In this document: positions 1 through 10,800 of the stretch, in pieces
How the letters are laid out: each line of letters starts with the position of its first letter
Position numbering within the stretch: position 1 is the first letter of the stretch
Assembly (NCBI GenBank): GCA_038087875.1
Contig: CM075990.1
Location: 10,728,001 to 10,788,000, forward strand
Direction of reading: 5' to 3'
Source: Malacoraja senta
Lineage: Eukaryota
DNA: 60,000 nucleotides
Notes under the pieces: generated by a model
Told to the model about the DNA's origin: nothing
Database searches by the model: none
The model's input: only the letters and a program-made list of their open reading frames with translations
Translations under genes and position numbers: made by a program

Positions 1-1618
1 ATCCTCCAAAGGTTCTCATCACGGCGGGGAGCGGTTGATCCGCATGGTTCGAAATGTGCTACGCTGTCTTAAACAACAAGTTCTGGACGACGAAGGATTG
101 CAAACTTTATTCTGCGAAGTTGAAGCGATTTTAAATGATCGACCTATTACTACGAGTTCTGATGATCCGAACGACCTGGAAGCACTTACACCAAATCATA
201 TTCTTCTGTTGAAGGCCAATCCAACACTACCAACTGGACTCTTTGTGAAAGAAGATTTGCATATAAGAAACAGATGGAGACAAGTACAATATATAGCGAT
301 GTTACAAAACCTACCTTCAGCGGCGCTACAGTTCTGCCACTGGCTGTGTGTGCGCCTTTGAGGGGGGGGGGGGGGGATTAAAATGCAGGTTTGTATCGCT
401 TGCCGGAGACGGATTTCCTCGGGCTGCTAGTCGATGAAAAATCGATCGGACTTCCGTTCCCGTTTTTTTTTGTAAAAAACCCGCTGGACAATTTAATTGT
501 TGGATTAAAGTAAAAAGCGACTTCGAACGCCCTCAACGCTTACAACGTGACGGATCATAATATCAGGACAAAACAAAAGGTATATCGTATATTTCACATA
601 TAATCTTCTTGGGGTGGCTTTAATCTAATTTTATGTCGTGAAAATGTTATTTGGGCCCCATATGAACTGGCAGTGTCTTTCCTGCCGATATGAGGTTAAA
701 ATTCACGGCAACGGCAACGTTCCAATCGATCGCATTCCAGAAACACCCACTCGCAAGATGATTTAAATCCTCTTTTTTTTTGTGGACAATCATGTCATAA
801 GAGCATCTAAATCGTCTATATTTTGTATTATTGTCTATCCATAGTCAATATTTTTATACTAAATATCCACAACAGTTTTAGCCACATGTATTGTGCAAAA
901 AATAATAATTTTGATTATATTGAGAGTGGATGTTTCTAGATTAATTTATGGGAATTAAACATTAAATTCCTTCCATATGGCATATAAATTCATGACAGTG
1001 AGATTTAAAAATCATATTATAGTGAATCCTTGTGTAAATGGGATTAGTTAGTTATTTGGATACATAGACTATTAAAAAAATTATCCTTTTCTTAAGAAAT
1101 GGATAGATGTTTAGATCTAGTAATTGAATTTAGATGAATTTAATTGATTAGATGAATTTAATTAATTTGATGAAACTGATGAATATGATTTTTTTGTTGG
1201 GTATTTATTATTTGTTTTAGCATTTAACTTTATCATTTCTACCTTTTTTCTAAAACTGCAAATAATAACTTGTTTCTGTTAATGCTGTTCAGCGTTTTTT
1301 TTCCTTTACATTTTAAACAGATGTCTCCGAAGAAAAAATGCAGAATTGTCAATCCAAATGCCCAGCAAAAGAGACTGATTTAGACAGCATTCGCAGAGAT
1401 TATCTGAATTTGGACTACTCCAAATGTGATGATCTACAGGACATTCTTAATGGGAAAGTAGTGGGCAGAAAGGCATGTAATGCGTGGTTTGAAGAGCAAA
1501 AACTTGTAGTTTACAATGCCAAAATTGAAAAGTTGAGGAAAAACAAGGTGTACAGAGTTGCTTATTGGTTACAATCTGAGGAGTATGATGATGCTACTGA
1601 TTATGATATGCCAATGTA

Positions 1619-3717
1619 ATAATAATAATAATAATAGATTTTATTTTAAGGGCGCCTATACAGAAGTCTCTAGGACACCTTACAATTTAACAAAGAAACC
1701 CAGTAGATGTATTGGACGAGGCAATGCAGATAAAAGCGGAATCAGCAAACTTAATATCATATTTGTATAATATTATTTTAAATGTACAAATACCACCTAC
1801 GGAGGGTATCAGAAGAGACTGGGAACAAGAGTTAGCTATTAAAATTTCAAAGGAAAGTTGGAATGAATACTTATTAAACGTGCATAAATGCTCGATTAAT
1901 GTAAGACACACTTTAATACAATTTAAAATTTTACATAGATTATATTATTCGAAAACTAAAATTCATAAAATTTTCCCAAACGTATCATCTATTTGTGATA
2001 AATGTCAATCCCAAGAAGCTACTATAGCGCACTCATTCGTCTTCTGTACAAAAATTCAAAAATTTTGGAATGAAATTTTTGAAATCTTTACAAAGTTATT
2101 TAAAACAAGACTGATACCCAAAGCAGAATGGATTATCTTCGGAATAACGGAAGATGATCCAGAACTAAATGTGTTTCAAAAGAAATTAATGGACTATGGG
2201 TTAATAACCGGAAAAAAGCTAATTCTAAAATTTTGGAAGAAGGCTCCAATACCAACTATAAATATGTGGATTTCAAATATGTTTGAAACATTACACCTAG
2301 AAGAGATAAGACTCCTCCTAGCAGGTAAACCAGATCACTTCCACCTGACGTGGTCTGCATTTATAGAATTATTACAAACATAGGGTGCAAAAGTACTTAA
2401 AAAAAAAAAAAAATTGAGGTCAGGTAAGGGGGGATGATAGTTGAAGAGTTGGTATGTCCTATTTACGTAATACTCAAAAAAAAAATTTTTTTTTTCTTTT
2501 TTCCTCTTTCTCTTTTTTTTCCTAGGGCCTATCTCTTAACTCTTTTTTTTTTTTTTTAGTTTTTAATTTCGCTCTTATAGGGTCTTCGTCCTTTTTTGTT
2601 GTTACATTTTCTACACTTTTCTACACGTTCACTTTTTCCTTCACTTTCTTCTTTCTTTCAATCTTTTCCTTTTCTAGTGTAAAAAAAATAAATAAAGGGA
2701 GTACATTAATTGTAAGAAGATACAAATGACGAGTATTAATGTATGTGGTTGTAATGTAATGTACTTGTAATAAATAAAAATTAAAAAAATAATAATAATA
2801 AAAAAAAACAATTTAACAAAGAAACATATAAACATATAATCAGAGTAAAATAAGTTATAAAGACATCACAAATACATAAATTAAAAACAGAAATTTGATC
2901 CAAAGAAAACAACAAAATTCAGAAAACACAATATGAAGGGAGAGCAGCGGCAGCCAAACCGCGCCAGCGTACACTCTCCCTTCCGACTGCCATGTTGGAC
3001 ATAGACTAACACAGACACTTAACACTACACACAAAATCATCCCCCCACAATGGTTACCACTGTGGGGGAAGGCATAATGTCCAGTCCCCAACCCAGTTCT
3101 CCCCAGAGTCAGGCCCATCGAGGCCGCCACAGTTGCCTCTACGGAGGCCCGATGTTCCTGGCCGTCGGGAGAGTCCTTGCAGCGGCTGGAACGGCCGGTT
3201 TCCCAGCGGAGTCCATGGCACCTGAAGCCGACAGGGCCGCGCCGATTTGGAGCCACGAGGCTCCCGATGTTAAAGTCGGTGCCGCCGCCCGCAGCTGGTC
3301 GCTCCGCAGACCGGCAGCCCAGAGGTGTTGATCTCGGCGGTCATCGCATACCGGAGCTCCAGCACGTCGATCCAGCGTGGCGACCCAGGCAAGGCATCGC
3401 CCGCTACGCTCCACGATAGCGCTCCAGCACTGTGCCGCCGACCGAAGCTGAAGGTGCTGGGCGGTCTCCGTCAGGAAACGGCGCTCCATGCCCGCTGGTA
3501 GGCCACGAGGACGGGTCGACGGGGCAGCCCGGAGAAAAAGCTGCCTCACCGACCAGGTAGGGACCTAGGATATAATTACCCCATTCACCCTACACTTAAA
3601 AGTAGAATAGTCCCACACACTGGACAATGGACACACTAAAACTATTTTAAAAAAAGGTGATTTAAACGGACGGCTGCTGGTTAGCAGCCGTTCCCCAACA
3701 TGTAGATGGGACTAGTG
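1619..3717 (-). mobile_element. Non-coding GC-rich retroposon with a (TTA)n LINE-type 3' tail, interrupted by L1
   Basis: (AAT)n plus TTTTATTTTAAGGGCGCC at 1619-1660 is the reverse of a LINE tail; apparent 5-bp duplication ATGTA (1614-1618, 3718-3722); no recognisable ORF. Confidence 0.6.
1700..2808 (+). mobile_element. 5'-truncated L1 LINE (ORF2 C-terminal cysteine-rich domain, 3'UTR, poly-A)
   Basis: ORF 1712-2383 contains QFKILHRLY...CDKC...TIAHSFVFC..IQKFW; AATAAA and A-rich tail; 17-bp TSD CAATTTAACAAAGAAAC at 1683-1699 and 2809-2825. Confidence 0.9.
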
Positions 3718-4693
3718 ATGTACCAGCTAGCAACTGATCTTCTCCATAAAGACTTGGTCTATTGCTAGAAATTGTAATTTTTATACCTATCTGTTACGGA
3801 CCTACAGCATATAATACAATAATATTAAAGTTCTGATCTTGAGAATATCACATTTTTGAATTTTTAAGGCAGTCTGGGTGTTTATTACCATTTCCGTCAC
3901 AACGGTCAATTTTGTAATTAGCTACAACTAGGTAACTAGCTAACTATGCTTTAATTTCAGGTCATCCAAGTAAGATGTTTTATATTTGTTTCAGAATGCT
4001 TCAATCTATAATAACTGAAAATTTCATTCAGTTCTCTTAATTTTTAAGAAAGTTATGGGCTTTTGACTGTCCTCGATCACAGCTTTTGTGTTAAGTCATA
4101 ATAATAGGGAACAAGATGCTAATTTCTGAGTATGAAAATGGCCATAACTTTTTTAATACTGAAGATATGAAAGTGAATTAGGTGTCAAATTAAACTTCTT
4201 TTGATGCTTTGATGGGATAAATTGCAGACTTGATTATTAAAGTCTCAACATTTTGTAACATTGCTACAATATATGGCAGATCTTTTTTGGAAGAGATGGA
4301 CAGAAGAATAATTGCCTCTGATCCAAAAGCGACAACGATGATCGAGGGTTAGAAGACATTTTGTCCCAGGTGATATTGTTTTGGTGGTTGATTCTACTGC
4401 ATCACGAGGTTCTTGGTTGATGGGAAGGATACTGGAGATCATGCCTGACGTTAAGGGTTTGGTGCGCACAGTACGACTTCAGACTAAGAATAATGTTTTA
4501 ATAAGACCAATAACCAATGCTTGCTTCTAGAAGGCGAAGGTGAAGATTGAAGAATCGCTAAAGAAGTCTGAATGCTAATATATGATGCATGTTATTTTTT
4601 AGTTTTTTGACATATGTTAAGCTTTTATAGCTCCTTTTTTAATGTCTATTAGTAATTGCCTCGTTATATACTCAGAACAATTAGGGGCCGGTA

Positions 4694-5124
4694 TGTAGTA
4701 GCCATTTAGCTTAACTCGGTATGTTATAACTATAACCCAGTTACCTTCAAATTTAACTGCCTGTAATTATGTGGGTGGGATTTATACGTCTGACGAGTGT
4801 TTGCAGCTGGGATTCTCGTGCAGACTCCCTAGTTTGAAGAAGCATGGGGAAGAGGTCACAGCTTTTGACAACGCATGAGTTTGACCATGAGTAATATCAA
4901 AATGTACTTATACAAGAAGAAGTTTGGATGAATATCTTACTGTTTTACTACTACAATAAATAAACTATTAATCAATAGACTATGTTTGGAAGATTTATCT
5001 TTCGACGGCATTGAATGTTTCGTGGAGAGCTCGTGAGTGTTTCGATTATCTCCTGATCCCCTGTCTTCAATCATAGTGACTAAAGGAAAGATTCCTTAAA
5101 ACGATATTGAAATCTGTCACTACA
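4694..5124 (+). repeat. 3' LTR of the BEL/Pao element
   Basis: Preceded by the PPT-like TTAGGGGCCGGTA; termini TGTAGT...ACTACA are inverted; internal AATAAA. Confidence 0.8.
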
Positions 5125-5799
5125 CTGTAGAGTATGACATTAATGAACGTATAGAGTGAGAATGTCTGACGAGTCTTTGTGCAGTTTTTGCTTTTAATAT
5201 ACTTTTATTCTGAAGTTAATTATTGGAAAAAAAGTACCTGGTGGGATAAGGCAGTGGAGAAGTCTCTTATTTAGACACCTGTTCCCAAATGTTTGCAAGT
5301 AAACCTTTTTCAACTGGGATAGGAACAACTGTGTTCAAATTCGTTGGTAGGTTGCTTGCTTATTTTAATGCAAATAAATGGTTTGTGTTTTAGAGGACAG
5401 TTAAAATTATTGCTACTGATCTGGAATCACATGTCATACATTAGAGACACTGATGAATTTTATGTGGTTACCGTTATATAGAATAATTTTAAATTACAAA
5501 TTATTAATCCGAATTTAAAATTCACAGCTGCAATGGTAGGACTTGTTCATACTCCCACTTGTCTAGAAACTCAACCACCACCAAATTTGTACGTTTTCTT
5601 TTGTTTTGCATAGTTGAACCCCCTCGCTCGAGAAAGCACGTTCAGTTTGATTTTTTCTGCTCCATTGATCCCACCCAGTTTTATTAAGCAAAGGCAGAAC
5701 CATTTCAACGCAGAGGTGACTCGGATAGAAATTTACAATAGGATTCATCAGCTTTATCCGACCAAGTGACACAGAGCAGGTGATAACTTGTCCTACATT

Positions 5800-6910
5800 G
5801 CCACGTCTCTGGCGACGAAATCAATACCGACGGTTGGTTTTAATTTGTTTTTGTGCGTGGGGAAATTTGGGTCTTTTGTAATTCGCCCCCCGCCCCCCGG
5901 TAACCTATCCTCCCCTGCTCTGATCAATTTACTTTGCTGATAGTCTGGGTTTGTATTTTCAAATGGGTTTTGCGAGAGCCAGAGAGCTTCCCTTTCCTGC
6001 TCCATGCACAGGATTAACGCCGGACGACAAGGATCTATAGACCCCTTTGCCGCGCAGCAGACGAGGTAAGCACAACACGCTATTAAATATGTTTTACAAA
6101 TAAACAATAGTGGGTTCACTTGACAAGAACGAATCTTGTTCAACGCTCCTCCGCAAAGAAAACAAATTACATCGGCAACTCAGACTTATCTCTGATACCT
6201 TGTTGTGGATGTTAGAGGTTTTTGTTGCCGCCATATTTTTAAAATATGAACAATTGTATTTTATTGATAAAAATTGTGGTCATTTATTTCGTTTGCTAAA
6301 AATAAATTTCGGTGAGAATGGGAACACTCGGCCTAGGAGCTTCATCGTGTGTTTTACGCGTTTCTTTTTCTAAGCCTCCAGGTTTTGTCTTTATTTTTTA
6401 AGTGTTTGTAAATAGAGAGGAAGGGGGAGGGGTGTGTTTTGTTTAAGTCGCCGATTCATTCTGCTCGCCGTTCTGAGCAAAGATACTAGAGTAAGAGTAT
6501 CTGGTTCTGAGGAACAGTTGGGAGGCGATGCACCCGCTGCCTGAATAAAAGCTGTAACGGCCTCGCAACTCCGCGTGTAAATGTATAAACAGTAAAACAA
6601 AACAAAAAAAGCAAATTCTAATTGCGGAATTAAGAATGCTTACCGTGCGGAGTTGTTCAGAAGATGCGGGTTTTTTTGTGCGTGTGTTGGGGAGAGGGTG
6701 GTAGATGGGAGGACTGTGAGTCGAGGCCCTGTGCGAGCCGCTCCTGGGAGACGGTTGAGCGGGGCCGCTCGAGCTCGCGGTTTGAACGACGCCGCGTTCC
6801 ATTCGGCAGAAGGTGCCGACCGTTAAATGAAGGACGAAAGCGGAGGGAGAGTGAGCAGGCAGTTTTTACAAAGGTACTAAACAAGCGAGGAAAATGTTCT
6901 GAGGTGAGCG
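5800..6910. promoter_or_regulatory. CpG-rich promoter/first-exon region, probably of MACROH2A2 and possibly bidirectional
   Basis: Apparently unique CpG-dense sequence with GC boxes (about 5885); splice donors on + (6066 GTAAGC, 6904 GTGAGC) and on - (6643 GTAAGC). The macroH2A2 ATG exon has an upstream acceptor, so a non-coding exon 1 is required. Confidence 0.5.
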
Positions 6911-7058
6911 TAACATGGGGGAATGTGAAGATATTAATTTTGCAGGACAAGCAGAATTTTCTTTTAAATGGTATAGATTTTTAAATAAAATTGAATAGAA
7001 ATGCCCCCCTTCTATCAGTTCCACCATTCAACGTGTTATTGATCGAATTGCTTGTGCG

Positions 7059-7337
7059 TGTATCATGATGTTAAACACTGAGTCGTTCAGCTTCGTATAC
7101 AAGTTCTTTATTAGCATAACCATATAGAGCGAACACACATAACTGTTGTAGGTTCTAGCTCTAAAATGAATCTGAAGAATAGCCGAACCGGCACACTAGA
7201 TCAAAGATACTGGAGGAGCTCCGCTATATAATCTTTGCACTAGATGACGGAGTAGAAACACGAACTGGATTACGGATCGGGTGTACAACAGTAAAAACCA
7301 GACATGGATCAAATCAGCTAATCGTGATTGATCTACA
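7059..7337 (-). repeat. 3' LTR of the outer Gypsy
   Basis: TG...CA termini; matches 16957-17188; adjacent purine tract on minus. Confidence 0.88.
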
Positions 7338-7821
7338 TCCTCCTTAAACATAAGCTCGCAAACTAAATAAAAGTACATAAGACGAAAGCTTACGAACATC
7401 ACAATATAAGGATGTATACATTAACTAAAACAACAGCTAAAGCAGTGGAGGATACGAAATGAGCAAGATGAATATAAGGAAACGAAGAAGACCTTAATCA
7501 ATTAAAATCCGTGATAAGTGTCTAAACACAGTCTTTGTACTTGGGGTTGGGCTTACAAATCCGTCCCGCACGCGTGCTCTTTGCAGGTGATAGCACTGCA
7601 GATGGTGGTTCAGTCAGCACTGGTTCCGCAAGAGTCTTTTCCACAGGTGACTTTATAGGTGATTTCGCCATCGGCACCAGCGGTTCCTTCGCCGGTGTAA
7701 AGACCAACTCGCGGTCTGCTGATACCTGTCCCCCATTCAAACCAACGGTCTCTCCATCAGTCCATAACACGCCATCTGGGACATCCGTGTAACCATACAA
7801 ATACTGCTGAGATGGCACCGG

Positions 7822-10800
7822 TTTTCATACTCGGAAATTAGCATCTTGTTTCCTATTGCTTTTCCATTGACTTAACACAAAAGCTGTGATTGACGACAGT
7901 CAAAAGCCCATAACTTTCTTAAAAATTAAGAGAACTGAATGAAATTTTCAGTTATTATAGATTGAAGCATTCTGAAACAACTATAAAACATCTTATTTGG
8001 ATGACCTGAAATTAAAGCATATATTTAGTTCGTTACCTAATTGTAGTAAATTACAAAATTGACCATTGTGACGGAAATAGTAATAAACACCCAGACTGCC
8101 TTGAAAATTCAAAAATGTGATATTCTCAAGATCAGAACTTTAATATTATTGTATTATATGCTGTAAGTCCGTAACAGATAGGTAAATAAATTACAATTTC
8201 TAGCAATAGACCAAGTCTTTAGTGTAAATAAGTAATTTCCACAATCTGAAGTTCAAGATCATCTTTAATCAGTACCCATATTATAATGGTACAGCAGGTC
8301 ATTAGTTGTTAGTTCATCGTGACCGCTTCCAAGACTGACTAGTGTAGGAAGTGGGTGTTAGTATAAATCATACAGTAAGGTGGGGTTAGTGATGCTATTC
8401 TACTATGATTGGTTCACATGCATAAACCAATCTACATTCTTCCCCGTAAAGAGTGAATATGGTTAAACACACATGCCGTAAGAATTCAAACATACTCGCC
8501 ATATATGTCGGGCGGTCTACTAATACGGCCCGAACGCGTACGGACCAAGCCATCTCCCCCTTCGCCAGAAAAATTAGGAGGCGGTGAACCCAGAAGTGAG
8601 AAAGCAGCAGGGGACACCCGTGGACCGACAGGGGGAGCATGCAGGAGAGGTAGTTTTGTGGTTAGTCATAGCCGCCGGTCGTGGTGGGGTAAGGGACATG
8701 CTGGAACTGGTGGTGGACGCGGCAGTAGACGGCCGGAACAGTAGAGGTGGAGCGAAAGGATCAGCTGGTGATGAACGTGGCTCCTTCACAGCCAGCAAGT
8801 GTTGGTGGCTCCGACGGTACAGGGCGCCATCGATGTCAACAAGGTAGGATCGGGCTTCTTCAGACGGGCTGACCGCAACCTAGACGGGAATGTCCCACAG
8901 TAGTTTGTAAAAGAACGACTTGGCCCGGTAGTAGTGGCGTAAGTGGTCTGCTGGACTTGTCATGAGAATGTTTCTGTATGTCGTGTTTCTCCTGAATGCG
9001 CTTCTGGATCGTAGCTGGCTTCAGCACCTGTGGCACCAGCTTCTGCTGGGCAATCGGTATCGGAGGTCTTGTCATCCTGGACATCAGTCGCTGGGCCGGT
9101 GAGCCCAGGATCCCGTCTCTAGCAATGTTCCTGAGGTTTAAGAGGTCGAGATACACATCTGACTTGGCTAGGTGGGTGCGTTCCATTAGCTGTTTAGCGC
9201 TTCTGACGGCTCGTTCAGCGAGCCCGTTACTTTGTGGGTATTCGGGGCTGCTCGTGACATGGTGGAAATTCCATCGGTTAGCAAAGTGTTTGAAGGCGTG
9301 ACTGGTAAATTGTCTTCCGTTGTCAGTCTGCAAACGGACAGGTGCGCCGAATGTGGAGAAGTGTTTCTGTAGCTTTTGAATGACCATCTCTGATGTGATA
9401 GAAGGCAGTAAGTCAAGCTCGAACCAGTTAGAATAGGAGTCAACTAGGACTAGTTAATGTTTACCGTGCCACTCGAAAATGTCTGCCGCCAGCGACGTCC
9501 AGGGCAGTGCTGGTGGTGGTTGTTGCAGCAGGGGCTGTCTCTGTTGGTGCATCGCCAGGCTGTTTTGTGGGAACAAAGTCAATGCTGGGAACCGTAAACA
9601 CGTCCCGTTCGTAGGGGTGTCGTTCGTTGGATGCCCGTGGTGCGCGAGAGAGGGTATCAGCCACGAGCATGTCCTTGCCCTTTTTGTAAACAATCTTGAA
9701 GTCAAATCGCTGGAGTTGCATCATCATACGCTGCAGACATGCAGGTGCTGCGTGGATAGGTTTGTTGAGGATAGTCACCGGGGGATGGTGGTCTGTCTCG
9801 ACCGTGAAAACATTCCCAAAGACAAAGTCCTTGAATTTAAAACAAGCGAAGACCACAGCCAGCAGCTCTTTCTCAATTTGCATGTTGCGCTGTTCGGTGT
9901 CGGTCATGGTGCGGGAGGCATAGGAGACAGGACGTAAAGTCCCATCGGCTGATGGTTGTAGGCAGGCGGCACCGAGTCCATATCGTGAGGCATCGCAGGT
10001 AACTGTCATGGTCGAAAAATGTCAAGGTGGGATCGCTGGTCAGCCTCGATTTTAAAGCATCAAATGCTTTTTGGTGTTGCTGGAACCAGGACCAGGCAGT
10101 ATCCTTTCGAGTTAGTTGTCTCAGAGGCGAACTCAGTTCACTGAGGTTCGGTATGAACTTTCCCAGATAGTTCACCATACCCAGGAATCGCTGCAGGCTA
10201 AACACGTCGGTGGGGGCTGGCATCTCTGTGATGGCAGCAGTTTTTTTCGGATCTGGTCTGAGACCACCAGGGGTGAAAACATGTCCGACATAGGTGACCT
10301 CTGGAACCCTGAACTTGCACTTGTTAGGGTTGAATCAGGATTCCGCAGTAACTCTGTCCTTAGCTTCTGATCATTCATCCCAGAAACTAGTTTATCCCTT
10401 ATCAGCTCATTCGTCATGGTTTCGAATCGGCACCTTTGAGCCATGTATCGCAAATCACAAATAAATCTCTCTACCGGCTCATCAGGAAGCTGGTGTCTCG
10501 CGAAGAATTTGGTTCTTTCTAAAATGCGGTTCGACAGTAGGTCACATATCTCACGGAATTTACACAGTAAAACATTAGGGTCATGCATAGACTCGGCAGG
10601 CACAAACTACCTGATCATTGTCGTCTTGGACGGCTGGTGCGTATTCAAACGTCCGAGCTCTCATCATGGCCTCGGGTCCCGCAAGGTTAAGTAGGAGGGA
10701 AGCCTTGACAGCGTCTGGTTCATTTCGGTGGACGATATTGATGTAGTGTCCGTAATCAATCCGTAGTCCGTAATCCGCCATCACTCGCCGATGTCGGAAT

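Larger units (their letters stand above)
1321..3768 (+). pseudogene. Transposase remnant of the hAT-like element (1321-1618 + 3723-3768): N-terminal MSPKKKC.. start fused to a C-terminal Spindlin/Tudor-like module
   Basis: Acceptor ttttaaacAG|ATG at 1320/1321. ORF 1338-1616 continues after the insertion as YQLATDLLHKDLVYC* (to 3768). Copy 2 shows the uninterrupted ATGCCAATGTACCAG junction. Confidence 0.6.
294..4266 (+). mobile_element. Non-autonomous hAT-like (hATw-type, 7-bp TSD) DNA transposon, copy 1
   Basis: 16-bp TIRs TAGCGATGTTACAAAA (294-309) and TTTTGTAACATTGCTA (4251-4266). TSD CAATATA at 287-293 and 4267-4273. Removing it restores the BEL frame. A second copy lies at 7822-12454. 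Confidence 0.85.
1..4545 (+). mobile_element. BEL/Pao LTR retrotransposon, integrase C-terminal region (1-293 and 4267-~4545), split by a DNA transposon
   Basis: ORF 35-293 reads EVEAILNDRPIT...LEALTPNHILL...RWRQVQY. It resumes at 4267 as QYMADLFWKRWTEE*LPLIQKRQR*...GDIVLVVD...PDVKGLVRTVRLQT, typical of the BEL integrase tail; stops are present. Confidence 0.9.

Noticed and set aside
2855..3549. Several overlapping 80-136 aa ORFs
   Set aside because: By-products of GC-rich repeat sequence; no recognisable domains.
5793..6984. ORFs in the CpG-rich region
   Set aside because: No homology or exon structure; expected in GC-rich promoter DNA.
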